Assembly (NCBI GenBank): GCA_964636215.1
Contig: CAZWRJ010000003.1
Span: 6,743 to 70,742 of the forward strand
Origin: an uncultured Candidatus Saccharibacteria bacterium
GTDB lineage: Bacteria; Patescibacteriota; Saccharimonadia; Saccharimonadales; CAZJQT01
DNA: 64,000 nucleotides
Reading direction: 5' to 3'
The notes beneath the pieces were generated by a model that was given only the letters and a program-made list of their open reading frames with translations, ran no database searches and was not told the origin of the DNA. Shown here piece by piece: positions 27,232 through 37,560 of the stretch (position 1 is its first letter; every line of letters begins with the position of its first letter). The position numbers and the translations under genes are program-made.

Positions 27232-28425
27232 ATGCAGACGGTTATTATCCTAGGTCGCCAGCCCGAGCTTGGCTTGGCAGAGCTCGAAAGTCTTTATGGA
27301 GCTGAGCGAGTTAAATCTTTCGGACGCTTTGCCGCCGTAGTTGATCATGAGCCCACACAGATTGATTTTGGCCGTCTGGGTGGTGCTGTCAAATTATGTA
27401 AATTATTAACTGAGTTAGACGATACTAAATGGGATGTTTTACATCAATATCTGGAAGAAACAATCCCTAAGCATCTGTCTTCCCTGCCCGAGGGTAAATT
27501 GAGATTGGGTCTAAGTACCTACGGAATAAATGTCAACACGGAACAACTCACTTCCAGCGGGTTAGTACTTAAAAGAATGATCAAAGCAGCTGGTCGTTCG
27601 GTGCGTTATGTGCCTAATACCGGATTAGCGCTAACTAGCGCGCAGATACTTCATAATCAGCTGACTAGTCAGCTAGGTTGGGAATTAGTTTTTGTCAGCG
27701 ACGGCAACAAGACGCTGTTAGCCCAAAATATGTTTGAACAAGACATCGAAGCTTACGGACGACGCGATCAAGCTCGACCCAAGCGCGATGCTCGTGTTGG
27801 TATGCTGCCACCCAAATTGGCCCAGATCATCGTTAATTTAGCCACCGGTCTTTGTGAAATTAGTGAAGCAGCCTGTGGGCCAGGAGAACCTAAGCATAAA
27901 ATCTTACTTGATCCCTTTTGTGGGACAGGTGTTTTACTTCAAGAAGCTTTGCTTATGGGTTATGAAGCCTTGGGTAGTGACCTCGAGCCTAGAATGATTG
28001 AGTACACTGAGGCCAATTTAAAATGGTTAGGCGGAAACTTGCCCAAGTGGAAACTCGAGGCTGGAGACGCCACAGATTTTCAGTGGCCCAGTTTTGATAT
28101 ATTGGCCAGCGAAACTTACTTGGGCCGCCCTTTTTCTTCCCTGCCCCAGACTATTAAATTGGATGAGGTTATCAAGGATGTTGATACTATTCATCGGAAG
28201 TTCCTGAAAAATTTGGCCGGCCAAACTACTTCTGGATTCCGACTGTGCTTGGCCTTGCCAGCTTGGAAGACGCCTCGTGGCTTTATGCACCTGCCAATGC
28301 TTGACCGATTAACAGATATGGGGTATACTCGTGCGGTATTTGTTCACGCTGGTGGTAAAGATTTAATTTATCACCGCGAAGGTCAAATTGTTGGCCGCGA
28401 ACTAGTCGTATTAATCAGGAAATAA
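27232..28425 (+). CDS. TRM11-like SAM-dependent methyltransferase
   Basis: GMLPPKLAQIIVNL, LLDPFCGTG, ETYLG. Confidence 0.8.
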   Translation: MQTVIILGRQPELGLAELESLYGAERVKSFGRFAAVVDHEPTQIDFGRLGGAVKLCKLLTELDDTKWDVLHQYLEETIPKHLSSLPEGKLRLGLSTYGINVNTEQLTSSGLVLKRMIKAAGRSVRYVPNTGLALTSAQILHNQLTSQLGWELVFVSDGNKTLLAQNMFEQDIEAYGRRDQARPKRDARVGMLPPKLAQIIVNLATGLCEISEAACGPGEPKHKILLDPFCGTGVLLQEALLMGYEALGSDLEPRMIEYTEANLKWLGGNLPKWKLEAGDATDFQWPSFDILASETYLGRPFSSLPQTIKLDEVIKDVDTIHRKFLKNLAGQTTSGFRLCLALPAWKTPRGFMHLPMLDRLTDMGYTRAVFVHAGGKDLIYHREGQIVGRELVVLIRK

Positions 28426-28426
28426 T

Positions 28427-28699
28427 ATGTCACACGTTAAAGCTGGTGGTTCATCCAAAAACGTTCACGACTCCCCAGGTCAAAGACTGGGAGTCAAACT
28501 TTCTGGTGGCCAAAAAGTTAAGACCGGCCAAGTTATCGTGCGTCAGACTGGTCATACCAAACGAGCTGGCGTGGGTACTTTTACTAGCCGTAACTTTACT
28601 ATCCATGCTGCCAAAGACGGTGTAGTTAAATTTCAAACTCGTAAAGTCCGTCGCTTTACTGGTACTTCAGTTCGCCGAACTGAAGTCATCGTCGAGTAA
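28427..28699 (+). CDS. rpmA: 50S ribosomal protein L27
   Basis: MSHVKAGGSSKN.HDSPGQRLGVK, IVRQTG. Confidence 0.96.
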   Translation: MSHVKAGGSSKNVHDSPGQRLGVKLSGGQKVKTGQVIVRQTGHTKRAGVGTFTSRNFTIHAAKDGVVKFQTRKVRRFTGTSVRRTEVIVE

Positions 28700-28711
28700 T
28701 TTTTATAAATT

Positions 28712-28996
28712 CTAAGCTGCTTCGGTGGGTTCAGCTACATCTATTTCAGCTTGATACTCAATAGGCACTATGGGGGCCTCTTCTGAGATTGGCTCTGGTT
28801 GGTTCGAATTAGTACTAATTTTGGGGGTGGAGCTTGAGTCACTTAGGTCGAGCTCTCGCCAGCCACCGTGGCCTTGTGCCGTTTCACCGCTACCAGCTAA
28901 TCTCAGCACCTTGGCAATTATAGTTGCAACCGCTAGAGCTGTCATTGCTCGCAACGCATATCTGTTATCAATCGGAAGTTTTTTCTCGGGGTTCAT
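28712..28996 (-). CDS. hypothetical protein
   Basis: 94-aa ORF with one hydrophobic stretch. Confidence 0.5.
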   Translation of the reverse strand: MNPEKKLPIDNRYALRAMTALAVATIIAKVLRLAGSGETAQGHGGWRELDLSDSSSTPKISTNSNQPEPISEEAPIVPIEYQAEIDVAEPTEAA

Positions 28997-29043
28997 CTAT
29001 AATCGAATCATGTCATAAACAGCAAAGTCTGTCCAGATGATTG

Positions 29044-29496
29044 TTAGTTTGGATTTTTGTTTTTTGCTTTAAGATATTCTGGCAACCATTTAGGTTCTTG
29101 AATAGTTAGTTTCAATCTGTGTTCGAGTTTGCCGCCTTTGGTAGGCTTTCGAGTAAGAACTAAATAAACAGGCTTCTCGTCACTAAATTTTCCGCTATAG
29201 ACAGATTTGTAGACATCCCCAACACTATTCAATGGCTGGCCTGGTACGTGTTCAGTTAGCCTTTCCCCGGTCCATGTGCCGTGTATAAGTCCGAGCGTTT
29301 GATCAATAACAGACTGTTGTTCTGGATCTAGGTTTTCAGCTTCAATTACAAAGTCTTTACTATTATCCGTTAAGTCGATAGTATTAGGATTCCAAGAAAT
29401 GGGTATCGACATTTCACCTTCATTATTTCTTAAATAAGATACATTATGTGCTAGTTGAAGGTTTGGAGCCGGAATGTCGACTACAGTTTCGCTCAT
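29044..29496 (-). CDS. hypothetical protein
   Basis: 150-aa ORF fills the gap; -10-like box upstream. Confidence 0.6.
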   Translation of the reverse strand: MSETVVDIPAPNLQLAHNVSYLRNNEGEMSIPISWNPNTIDLTDNSKDFVIEAENLDPEQQSVIDQTLGLIHGTWTGERLTEHVPGQPLNSVGDVYKSVYSGKFSDEKPVYLVLTRKPTKGGKLEHRLKLTIQEPKWLPEYLKAKNKNPN

Positions 29497-29537
29497 AAAT
29501 ATACATTAGCATAATACTGCGCTGGTGTCAATTTTAG

Positions 29538-30071
29538 CTAGATGCCTAGATGCTCTTTTATCTTCTCTACTACGTCAGCGATAACTACTTGTGATTTTAC
29601 CAAGTAATCATCAACTCCCAGATTTTTGGCACGTTCCCTATCACTGTCCTGTCCAAGAGCCGTTAACATAATAATTTTGACATTGGTAGTTTCGGGTGTA
29701 TTCCTGAGAATATCTAGTACATCGAAACCACTGACCTTGGGCATCATTACGTCAAGTAGTATAAGGTCGGGGTGATAAGCAGTTGCAGCTGCTAAGGCAT
29801 CTTCACCGTTAGCAACACGCTTGGTAGTAAAGCCTTCGGCCTGCAGTCTAGTTTCATAAACACTGGCAAGAGAATCATCGTCTTCAACTAGGAGGATTTT
29901 CTTGGCATGACTCCTGATATCGTCGGTCATGGGAACGTCTGGTTGACTAACGGGGTGGGCTTTTTCTTGTTGACTTGATTCAGGTTGAGCCGGTTCCGAA
30001 GGTTGATCTGTAGCAGGTGTTGTCTGTTCAGTATTTGGCTGTGGTGCGGCTGGGTTTGGGTTGTCATCCAT
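29538..30071 (-). CDS. response regulator receiver with Pro/Gln-rich N-terminal extension
   Basis: ILLVEDD, PDLILLDVMMP, MLTA, YLVK. Confidence 0.92.
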   Translation of the reverse strand: MDDNPNPAAPQPNTEQTTPATDQPSEPAQPESSQQEKAHPVSQPDVPMTDDIRSHAKKILLVEDDDSLASVYETRLQAEGFTTKRVANGEDALAAATAYHPDLILLDVMMPKVSGFDVLDILRNTPETTNVKIIMLTALGQDSDRERAKNLGVDDYLVKSQVVIADVVEKIKEHLGI

Positions 30072-30086
30072 AGGGCTAATGCTAAC

Positions 30087-31703
30087 TTACTTGGTAGGCT
30101 TTTTCAAGCTAGCGATAATTAGACCATTAAACAATGGATGGGGACGGTTCGGGCGAGATTTCAGTTCCGGATGAAACTGACTGGCCAGAAAGTAAGGATG
30201 GTCTATACCTTCGATAATTTCTACCAATTTACCATCTGGGCTGGTGCCAGCTTCTCTGATCCCCCAAGATCGATACTGGTTTCGGTAGTCGTTATTACAT
30301 TCGTAGCGGTGGCGATGACGTTCTTGAACCAGCTTTTGACTATAAAGTTTAGCGGCTTTACTGTCTTTGGCGATGATACACGGGTAATTTCCAAGTCGCA
30401 TTGTTCCACCAGTGTTTTGCATTCCCTCCTGTCCCGACATAGTATTTATGACTTTGTAAGAACTCTTGGGATCAAGTTCACCACTAGTAGCTTGGGTTAG
30501 ACCAGCATTTCTGGCAGCAGCAATTACGCCCATTTGAAGTCCCAGACAAAGCCCAAGATAAGGAATTTTTTGCCGTAGTGCATACTGGGCTGCCTTAATC
30601 TTGCCCTCAAGTCCCCTGGTACCGAAACCACCAGGCACCACGATAGCGTGGCAACCAGTCAGTTCTTTGGCAATATTTACTTTCGATTTTTCTAATTTCT
30701 CAGCATCAATCCAGCGAATTTGTACCCGGGAATCGTTCCACCAGGCGGCCGATTTTAGGGCTTCAAATACAGACATATAGGTGTCTTGGTTATCCAGGTA
30801 TTTTGCCACCAATCCAATAGTAATTTCTGGTTTATGGTTAGCGGTGGCTCGTTTTACTACTTCTCGCCAACTTTTTAAGGCAGGTTTGGAGATTTTAAGA
30901 TTCAAGTGTCTAGCTATAACTTCAGTGATACCAGTATCTTCTAATTCAAGCGGTACTTCATAAATACTGCTAGCGTTAGGCAGTAGCGCGATAGCTTCCG
31001 GTTCAACGCCCGTAAACATGCTTAGTTTAGTCTTGACACTACTCGGCGCTGGTTGTTCGCTGCGTACCACGAGAACGTTTGGGATAATCCCCAAGCCTCT
31101 AAGCTCGCGGACAGAATTTTGGGCTGGTTTAGTCTTAAACTCTTGGCTGGCACCAAGGTATGGCATATAAACAACATGTACGTATAAACAGTTTTCCTGG
31201 CCAACGGTTTGGCCCAATTCCCTGATTGCCTCTATGAAACTCAGTGATTCATAGTCTCCTACGGTACCACCAATTTCCACAATGTGAACGTCAAAATCCT
31301 TACCAGCTTCAATAATGTACTCTTGGATAGCAGCTGTTAAGTGTGGAATGATCTGGACGTCTTCCCCAGCGTACTTTCCGGCTCTTTCGTCTTGAATAAC
31401 TCTTAATAGCACTCGCCCACTCATTAGGCTGCTACTCTGAGTTAATTCTTCGTCTAAGAATCTTTCGTAGTGACCCAGGTCGAGATCAGTTTCAGCTCCG
31501 TCGCGAGTTACAAAACACTCTCCATGTTCACGAGGATTTAGAGTACCAGCGTCAACATTAAGATAAGGATCACATTTCTGAAGATTAACTTTGAGTTTGC
31601 GAGCTTTTAAAAGATTGCCTATGGAAGCGGCCGTTATGCCCTTCCCGACACCCGATATGACACCACCTGTAATAAATATGTATTTTGTCTGACGTTTTGG
31701 CAC
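30087..31703 (-). CDS. pyrG: CTP synthase
   Basis: GGVISGVGKG, DPYLNVDAGT, GLCLGLQ, QFHPE. Confidence 0.98.
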   Translation of the reverse strand: MPKRQTKYIFITGGVISGVGKGITAASIGNLLKARKLKVNLQKCDPYLNVDAGTLNPREHGECFVTRDGAETDLDLGHYERFLDEELTQSSSLMSGRVLLRVIQDERAGKYAGEDVQIIPHLTAAIQEYIIEAGKDFDVHIVEIGGTVGDYESLSFIEAIRELGQTVGQENCLYVHVVYMPYLGASQEFKTKPAQNSVRELRGLGIIPNVLVVRSEQPAPSSVKTKLSMFTGVEPEAIALLPNASSIYEVPLELEDTGITEVIARHLNLKISKPALKSWREVVKRATANHKPEITIGLVAKYLDNQDTYMSVFEALKSAAWWNDSRVQIRWIDAEKLEKSKVNIAKELTGCHAIVVPGGFGTRGLEGKIKAAQYALRQKIPYLGLCLGLQMGVIAAARNAGLTQATSGELDPKSSYKVINTMSGQEGMQNTGGTMRLGNYPCIIAKDSKAAKLYSQKLVQERHRHRYECNNDYRNQYRSWGIREAGTSPDGKLVEIIEGIDHPYFLASQFHPELKSRPNRPHPLFNGLIIASLKKPTK

Positions 31704-31772
31704 GTCCTGCTACCCTTCGCTTATAGGTAGAATACTACCTTAATATAGCTTTAGGGCGCAAGCTTGGAAATA

Positions 31773-32984
31773 TTACTTACTCAAGATGGCTTGAGCGGCA
31801 GATAACTGTGGATCGTGACCAGCCTTAATATCTGCGTCACTCAATTTAACTTCTTTGTCCGGGGTAATTCCTTGTTTGTCGATGTTTTGTCCAGCGGGCG
31901 TATACCACCTGGCAATAGTTACTTTCAAAATCCCACCGTCCATAAAGCTTTCCAGCTGTTGCACACTACCTTTACCAAAACTTTTAATCCCAAGTAGTTT
32001 GGCCACATTGTTGTCGTGAAGTGCCCCGGCGGTGATTTCTGAAGCTGAGGCGCTACCTTCATTAATTAAGACCACCGTTGGTATACCCAATAGAGTTGGT
32101 GTCCCAGATGATTTGTAAGTCTTAATCACTGTATCACCGCGCTTTTCTTGCAAGACAGTTTGCCCTGGCTTAAGCCACTCACTACTGACTGATACAGCAG
32201 CATCCAGTAGCCCACCCGGATCGTTCCGAAGATCTAAAATTACCCCTTTGACACCGGCTTTTTTAAAGTCATTGGCAGCTGCTTCAGTAAGTTTAGCGGT
32301 GTCTTCGGCAAAACGGCTGATTTGAATATAACCAATGTTACCTTTTAATATTTTGCTATTTACGCTTGGAACAGTAATTTGTTCCCTTGTTATAGAGAAA
32401 TCTAACTGTTTTGTCTTGTCACGAATAACTTTAAGTTTAACAACGCTGCCTTTTGGCCCGCGGATTTTAGTTACAACTTCACTGACAGATTGGCCACTGA
32501 CAGATTGGCCATCAACCTCTAGAATAATATCTCCTGCTTTTAGTCCTGCCTTAGCTGCCGGGAATCCAATTAATGGTGAAATAATTACAGTGTTACCCTC
32601 AGCATCTTTACCTAGTTCCGCTCCAATGCCTTCGAATGTTCCGTTCAACTGACTATTAAAGTCATTGGCAGCCTGGGCATTTAGATACTCCGTGTAGGTA
32701 TCACCTGCGGCCGCAACTAGGCCTGACTTGAGCCCATCTAGTAATTTTTGTTGATCTAGCTGTCCGTCGTAATCATTCCTTAATGTGTCGTAAACCTGTT
32801 CAACCGAAGAGTAATCGAGATTAGCTGGGGCGGATTTTTGCACGCTTTTACGAAATAACTGATCTTTAGATAGAATAATGTGACCACTGCCAATTGCCCA
32901 ACCGCTCAAGAAAATCAAGCTGGCAACTAACGCATAACTACTAGCTCTAATAACTGAAAATTTCTTAGAAATTCTATCGGCCAC
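31773..32984 (-). CDS. ctpA: S41 carboxy-terminal processing protease
   Basis: PDZ domain, DLRNDPGG, SASASEI, FGKGSVQ. Confidence 0.93.
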   Translation of the reverse strand: MADRISKKFSVIRASSYALVASLIFLSGWAIGSGHIILSKDQLFRKSVQKSAPANLDYSSVEQVYDTLRNDYDGQLDQQKLLDGLKSGLVAAAGDTYTEYLNAQAANDFNSQLNGTFEGIGAELGKDAEGNTVIISPLIGFPAAKAGLKAGDIILEVDGQSVSGQSVSEVVTKIRGPKGSVVKLKVIRDKTKQLDFSITREQITVPSVNSKILKGNIGYIQISRFAEDTAKLTEAAANDFKKAGVKGVILDLRNDPGGLLDAAVSVSSEWLKPGQTVLQEKRGDTVIKTYKSSGTPTLLGIPTVVLINEGSASASEITAGALHDNNVAKLLGIKSFGKGSVQQLESFMDGGILKVTIARWYTPAGQNIDKQGITPDKEVKLSDADIKAGHDPQLSAAQAILSK

Positions 32985-33042
32985 TTTCCCTCCTGGCTCA
33001 AAATTGTCTCATCCATTATGGCACACATGTTATGCTTAGCGT

Positions 33043-33456
33043 ATGCGAATTGGTGTTGTTGGGAGTATGCACTACACCGAAAAAATGCTTGCTTTGGAGG
33101 ATAAACTAAACGAGCTTGGACATGATGCTTTCGTGACTACTTTAGCTTCGCCTTTTGTCGGCAAAACTGATGAACAAAAAGAAAAGATTAAGCTAGAACA
33201 AAAGTTCCATAAAGATGCTATTCGTGAGTTTTGGCGAATGATGCAAGGAGCAGACGCTATCCTGGTAGCTAACTATGATAAGCATGGCATCAAAAATTAT
33301 ATTGGCGGTAATACACTTATGGAGATCGGCTTTGCCCACGTATTAGATCAGAAAGTTTATCTACTCAATCCTGTACCTGACATTCCGTTCTATAAGTCAG
33401 AGATCGAAGCCACTCAACCTATCGTCTTGCATGGTGACCTTTCTAAAATAGTCTAA
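33043..33456 (+). CDS. nucleoside 2-deoxyribosyltransferase-like Rossmannoid protein
   Basis: IGVVGSM, ADAILVAN, YIGGNTLMEIGFA. Confidence 0.65.
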   Translation: MRIGVVGSMHYTEKMLALEDKLNELGHDAFVTTLASPFVGKTDEQKEKIKLEQKFHKDAIREFWRMMQGADAILVANYDKHGIKNYIGGNTLMEIGFAHVLDQKVYLLNPVPDIPFYKSEIEATQPIVLHGDLSKIV

Positions 33457-33536
33457 GGGAAAAAGAGCAACCAGAGCGGTAATTCACTTGACCGCCCTGC
33501 GTGACGATAAAAACCGTAGGTTTATCTCAGTTATCG

Positions 33537-34673
33537 CTAAAAATGAATGAAGTACAGATTACCAGCGCTACGGGTGTTTACGGAATAGGTACCATCTAAG
33601 AATTGGTTATATTGACTAACCAGCACTGTTCCATCACTATTAACTGCTTCTACATACATGGCGTGACCATAATAACCGGCAGTGCTAATAGCGACATCAC
33701 CAACCCTAGCGTGACCGCCATAGTCCATGGGGATACCTGACCGTCTAGCGTTACCTGGCCACTGGTTGGCATTGCCGACCCCGCCCCAGTAAGGCATAAA
33801 TCGTCCACTTAGAGCTACCTTAAAAGCTGCAAAACTGACACATTCTCGGTTGAACATTCCCCAACTGTCAATAATAGAATCTTGAGGAGCGTAAGCCCAA
33901 CCGTGTGGGTAACCACCGCCGCCAGGTACACCCTTGGTCATTCCACCAAGAATGCCCTTCATGTTCTCGATAAGTTGTTGGGTGCGCAATTTTGTGATTT
34001 CGGCGTTGTTCTTTGTAAATTGCTGGTTAAGAGCAGCTCTTTGGCTTTCGTTCAAGTTAAGCAAATGATTAACTTCGGCCTGTTGATCGTCAAGCTGGTT
34101 CTGCATATTTTTTTGGTCGGTGATCAGATCTTTTAGAGTATCATTTTCGGCTTTCAACTTAGCTTTTAAGGTAGTGATCTTGTCTAAGGTATCTTTGATT
34201 TTTTGCTCAACCGCGCTGCGGTATTCTTGTTTATCTAAGAAGTCGCTTAGGTTCTTGCTAGAAGCTAACATTTCTAAGGTACTTATCTGGCCTTCGACAT
34301 ACATAGCCCGTATATTTTCACCGAGCAAAGCTTTTTGCTTATCCAGTTCTTTTTGGGCAATGGCGATTTGTTTTTCCAATTTTTGGCTTTTTTGGCTATT
34401 GGCATCAATCTGTCGTTGCAAATTATCGATCTGTTGTTGTAACTTGTTAATCTTGTCCTGTAAGCTACTAGCTTCTACGCTCAAACTATCTTGCTTGTGT
34501 TGGATGGTTGAATTTTCACCTTGAAGTTGATTTATTTGGGCATCAAACCGGTCAGCCATAGCTAGTGGTGAAATAACAAATCCAACGCTCATTACACCGG
34601 TCAGCGCTAATAAGGCCATAGAGTTACCAAGGCGAATAAGACGTTTAGTTTGAACTGATTTTTGTTTTTTCAT
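33537..34673 (-). CDS. coiled-coil CHAP peptidoglycan hydrolase (PcsB/CwlO-like)
   Basis: Signal peptide, long coiled coil, RECVSF, GNANQW, YGHAMYVE; follows ftsX. Confidence 0.9.
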   Translation of the reverse strand: MKKQKSVQTKRLIRLGNSMALLALTGVMSVGFVISPLAMADRFDAQINQLQGENSTIQHKQDSLSVEASSLQDKINKLQQQIDNLQRQIDANSQKSQKLEKQIAIAQKELDKQKALLGENIRAMYVEGQISTLEMLASSKNLSDFLDKQEYRSAVEQKIKDTLDKITTLKAKLKAENDTLKDLITDQKNMQNQLDDQQAEVNHLLNLNESQRAALNQQFTKNNAEITKLRTQQLIENMKGILGGMTKGVPGGGGYPHGWAYAPQDSIIDSWGMFNRECVSFAAFKVALSGRFMPYWGGVGNANQWPGNARRSGIPMDYGGHARVGDVAISTAGYYGHAMYVEAVNSDGTVLVSQYNQFLDGTYSVNTRSAGNLYFIHF

Positions 34674-34796
34674 GAACAGTTTGATCATACCATACCCCTT
34701 ACCCTTTTTCAACTTTTATGATGTAGTCTGAAGAGCTACAAAACAAACCCTCGTTTTAGGTTATCTGTTTAATCGATTATTTGAAGCTTGTTTGAT

Positions 34797-35741
34797 TTAC
34801 TTAGAAGTTTTGAATTTGAGATAGCGCCGTGTGGCTACGACTGACGATACGGCACCAATTAGTATACCAATGGTAAGCTGCGATAGCAAAATCAACCAAA
34901 AGTTATCTTTCAGATAATCACTAGCAAATCCGATGTCGAGTAGGCCTAGGCTGGTGGCATTAAAAGCCGAAGCTGCCACCGCAAACAGCGTGTTACATAG
35001 AACGATAGATAAGACCGCTGAAATAATGCCATAAATTATGGCTTCAACAACGAAAGGCCCACGAATAAACCAACTGCTGGCGCCTAGTAATCTCATAATG
35101 GTTAGCTCATCACGGCGATTGAAAACGGCCATCCGAATAGTATTAAAGATAATTAGCATGGATACGGTGGCAAATATAAAAACACCAACTAGTCCTGCTT
35201 CACGTAAGAATTTGGTAGCCTTACTAATTTTATCGACTGCCGTTTTTCGATCACCGCTATAATTTGTTTCATCGGACTGAAGTGCCACAATATCTGGTTT
35301 GTCTAAATAAGCCTTGAGTTCATCAAGTTTATTGGGGTCTTTGGGTTTAATTCTAATGGTCGCCGGCAATGGGTTGTCGGTTTGGGAAATAGCCACAAGC
35401 AAATCAAGATTATTCTGATTTTGTTCTTTATATATCTCCAGAGCATCGTCTTTTGATAGATAAGTAACTTCCTTGGTATTAGGTAGTTGCTTTAGTTCAT
35501 TAAGTAAATTATCGCGCTGGGCTTCAGTTACACTATCTTTCAAATAAACCGACACATCGATTCGATCAGTAATTTGTTGAACAGTGTTCCCGAATGTGGC
35601 GTTAGCAATAACCGAGAATAAAATAATTGATAGGGTTATTAACATTACAGCCATAGCAGCAATAGCAAGAGTGGCGTTCCGCAAAAAATTTTGGGTACCA
35701 GTACGAATAATTCGGCCTAGGGTAATTAGCTGGTGCCTCAT
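34797..35741 (-). CDS. ftsX: cell division permease FtsX
   Basis: NTIRMAVFNRRDELTIMRLLGAS..FIRGPF. Confidence 0.95.
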   Translation of the reverse strand: MRHQLITLGRIIRTGTQNFLRNATLAIAAMAVMLITLSIILFSVIANATFGNTVQQITDRIDVSVYLKDSVTEAQRDNLLNELKQLPNTKEVTYLSKDDALEIYKEQNQNNLDLLVAISQTDNPLPATIRIKPKDPNKLDELKAYLDKPDIVALQSDETNYSGDRKTAVDKISKATKFLREAGLVGVFIFATVSMLIIFNTIRMAVFNRRDELTIMRLLGASSWFIRGPFVVEAIIYGIISAVLSIVLCNTLFAVAASAFNATSLGLLDIGFASDYLKDNFWLILLSQLTIGILIGAVSSVVATRRYLKFKTSK

Positions 35742-36433
35742 TTGACTATGCCTTTGTGGTCATAATCGGCATTGGCTCGGTCGTTGACCACTCTTCCATC
35801 TCTTAGGGTAATCACTCGTCTTTTCAGACGATTTACTATTTCTTGGTTGTGAGTGGTGAGTAATACGGTGGTGCCAAAGCGATTAATTTTTTCCAAAACC
35901 TTTATAACATCCCAAGCGTGTTTGGGATCTAGATTACCGGTAGGCTCATCGGCAATTAATATCTTTGGTTGACGAACAATTGCTCTGGCAATCGCCACCC
36001 TTTGACGCTCACCACCGGACAATTCAAGGGGCATGCGTTTTTCCTTGCCCTTAAGACCAACAATGTCCAGAACCTTGGGAACCGTATGTTTAATCTCACC
36101 ATTGCCATAACCAACAATCTCTAATGCGAAAGCAACATTTTCAAAGACATTTTTATTAGGTAACAGTTTAAAGTCCTGGAAAACTACGCCGATTTTGCGT
36201 CTCAGAAGTGGTATGTCTTTGTCTTTTAATTTGTCATAATCAATGCCACCAACTACAATCTTACCGCTAGTTTGACGTTCCTCGCGAGTTAATAATTTGA
36301 GCAGGGTGCTCTTGCCTGCTCCGCTAGTACCAATAATAATAACGAACTCTTTCGGCTCAACATGCAGACTAACGCGGTCAAGAGCTGTAGCGCTACGATT
36401 ATAAACTTTTGTTACCCGGTCCAGTAAAATCAC
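35738..36433 (-). CDS. ftsE: cell division ATP-binding protein FtsE
   Basis: GTSGAGKST, VFQDFKLL, LSGGE, ADEPTGNLD. Confidence 0.96.
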   Translation of the reverse strand: MILLDRVTKVYNRSATALDRVSLHVEPKEFVIIIGTSGAGKSTLLKLLTREERQTSGKIVVGGIDYDKLKDKDIPLLRRKIGVVFQDFKLLPNKNVFENVAFALEIVGYGNGEIKHTVPKVLDIVGLKGKEKRMPLELSGGERQRVAIARAIVRQPKILIADEPTGNLDPKHAWDVIKVLEKINRFGTTVLLTTHNQEIVNRLKRRVITLRDGRVVNDRANADYDHKGIVK

Positions 36434-36456
36434 TAGACGTATTATAGCAAAGCGCT

Positions 36457-37542
36457 TTAGCTAGTAGTTATGTGTTCGAGATAAGCAGTTATAAATTCGT
36501 CTATTTGGCCATTAAGAACTTCGTTAGCGGCTGATGTTTCATGTTTAGAACGCAAGTCCTTAACCTGTTTATAGGGATGGAGTACGTAGCTACGAATCTG
36601 GTTTCCCCACTCCGCAGATTGATTAGGTCCCTTTAGCTGGCTGAGGTCTTCTAGGTGCTGTTCTTGTTGTAACTGAGCTAACTTGGAACGTAGGATAGCC
36701 ATAGCTGTTTCTTTGTTTTGCAACTGTGAACGCTCATTTTGTATAGCCACTGTAATATTGGTAGGTAAATGAGTGATGCGTACTGCCGAGTCGGTCGTAT
36801 TAACGGACTGCCCTCCCTTGCCACCACTACGGTAAACGTCAACTTTCAAGTCTTTGTCATCAATGTGAACTTCTTCAGGACTATCTATCTTGGGCAAGAC
36901 TTCAACCTTGGCGAAACTAGTTTGTCTGAGATTGTCGGCATTAAAAGGACTTAGCCTTACTAGACGATGCACGCCCTGTTCACCTTTAAGTTTGCCGTAA
37001 ACAAAAGGTCCATCAACTTCTATAGTTACACTTTTGAGTCCGGCTTCCTCGCCGGCTGATTCATCAATGGTTTTTGTCTGGAGTTTTTGGTTTTCGGCCC
37101 ATCGACTATACATTCTGAGTAACATTTGTGTCCAATCTTGAGCATCGGTGCCACCAGCGCCGGCATAAATACTCAGGATAACGTTATGGTCGTCATAGGG
37201 TTCGTTAAATAACAGTTCTTTTTTTAGGTTATCGTAGTCGGTTTTAAGATCGTTGAGTTGTTTGGTCAGTTCACTGAGCATAGATTCGTCCTTAGTACCT
37301 AGCAGCTCGACAACCTCACTGAGCTTATTTTCTAAATTGCGCCAAGCTTTGATCCGATTTTCTAAGCTAGCTTGCTCTTTCAATAGTTGTTGGGCGGCTG
37401 GTTGATCTTGCCAAAGGGCTGGATCAGCTGCCTTTGTATTAAGCCCTGCAAGTTTAGCTTCTAGAGCTTTAATCTTAATTCTTTCTAGTGTCGCCACAAG
37501 CTCTGACTGTAATTCATGTGCTTGTTTATCCAGTGGTTGCAT
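36457..37542 (-). CDS. prfB: peptide chain release factor 2
   Basis: SPF motif, GGQ, WGNQIRSY; uninterrupted ORF. Confidence 0.96.
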   Translation of the reverse strand: MQPLDKQAHELQSELVATLERIKIKALEAKLAGLNTKAADPALWQDQPAAQQLLKEQASLENRIKAWRNLENKLSEVVELLGTKDESMLSELTKQLNDLKTDYDNLKKELLFNEPYDDHNVILSIYAGAGGTDAQDWTQMLLRMYSRWAENQKLQTKTIDESAGEEAGLKSVTIEVDGPFVYGKLKGEQGVHRLVRLSPFNADNLRQTSFAKVEVLPKIDSPEEVHIDDKDLKVDVYRSGGKGGQSVNTTDSAVRITHLPTNITVAIQNERSQLQNKETAMAILRSKLAQLQQEQHLEDLSQLKGPNQSAEWGNQIRSYVLHPYKQVKDLRSKHETSAANEVLNGQIDEFITAYLEHITTS

Positions 37543-37560
37543 ATATTCCTATTATAGGCT

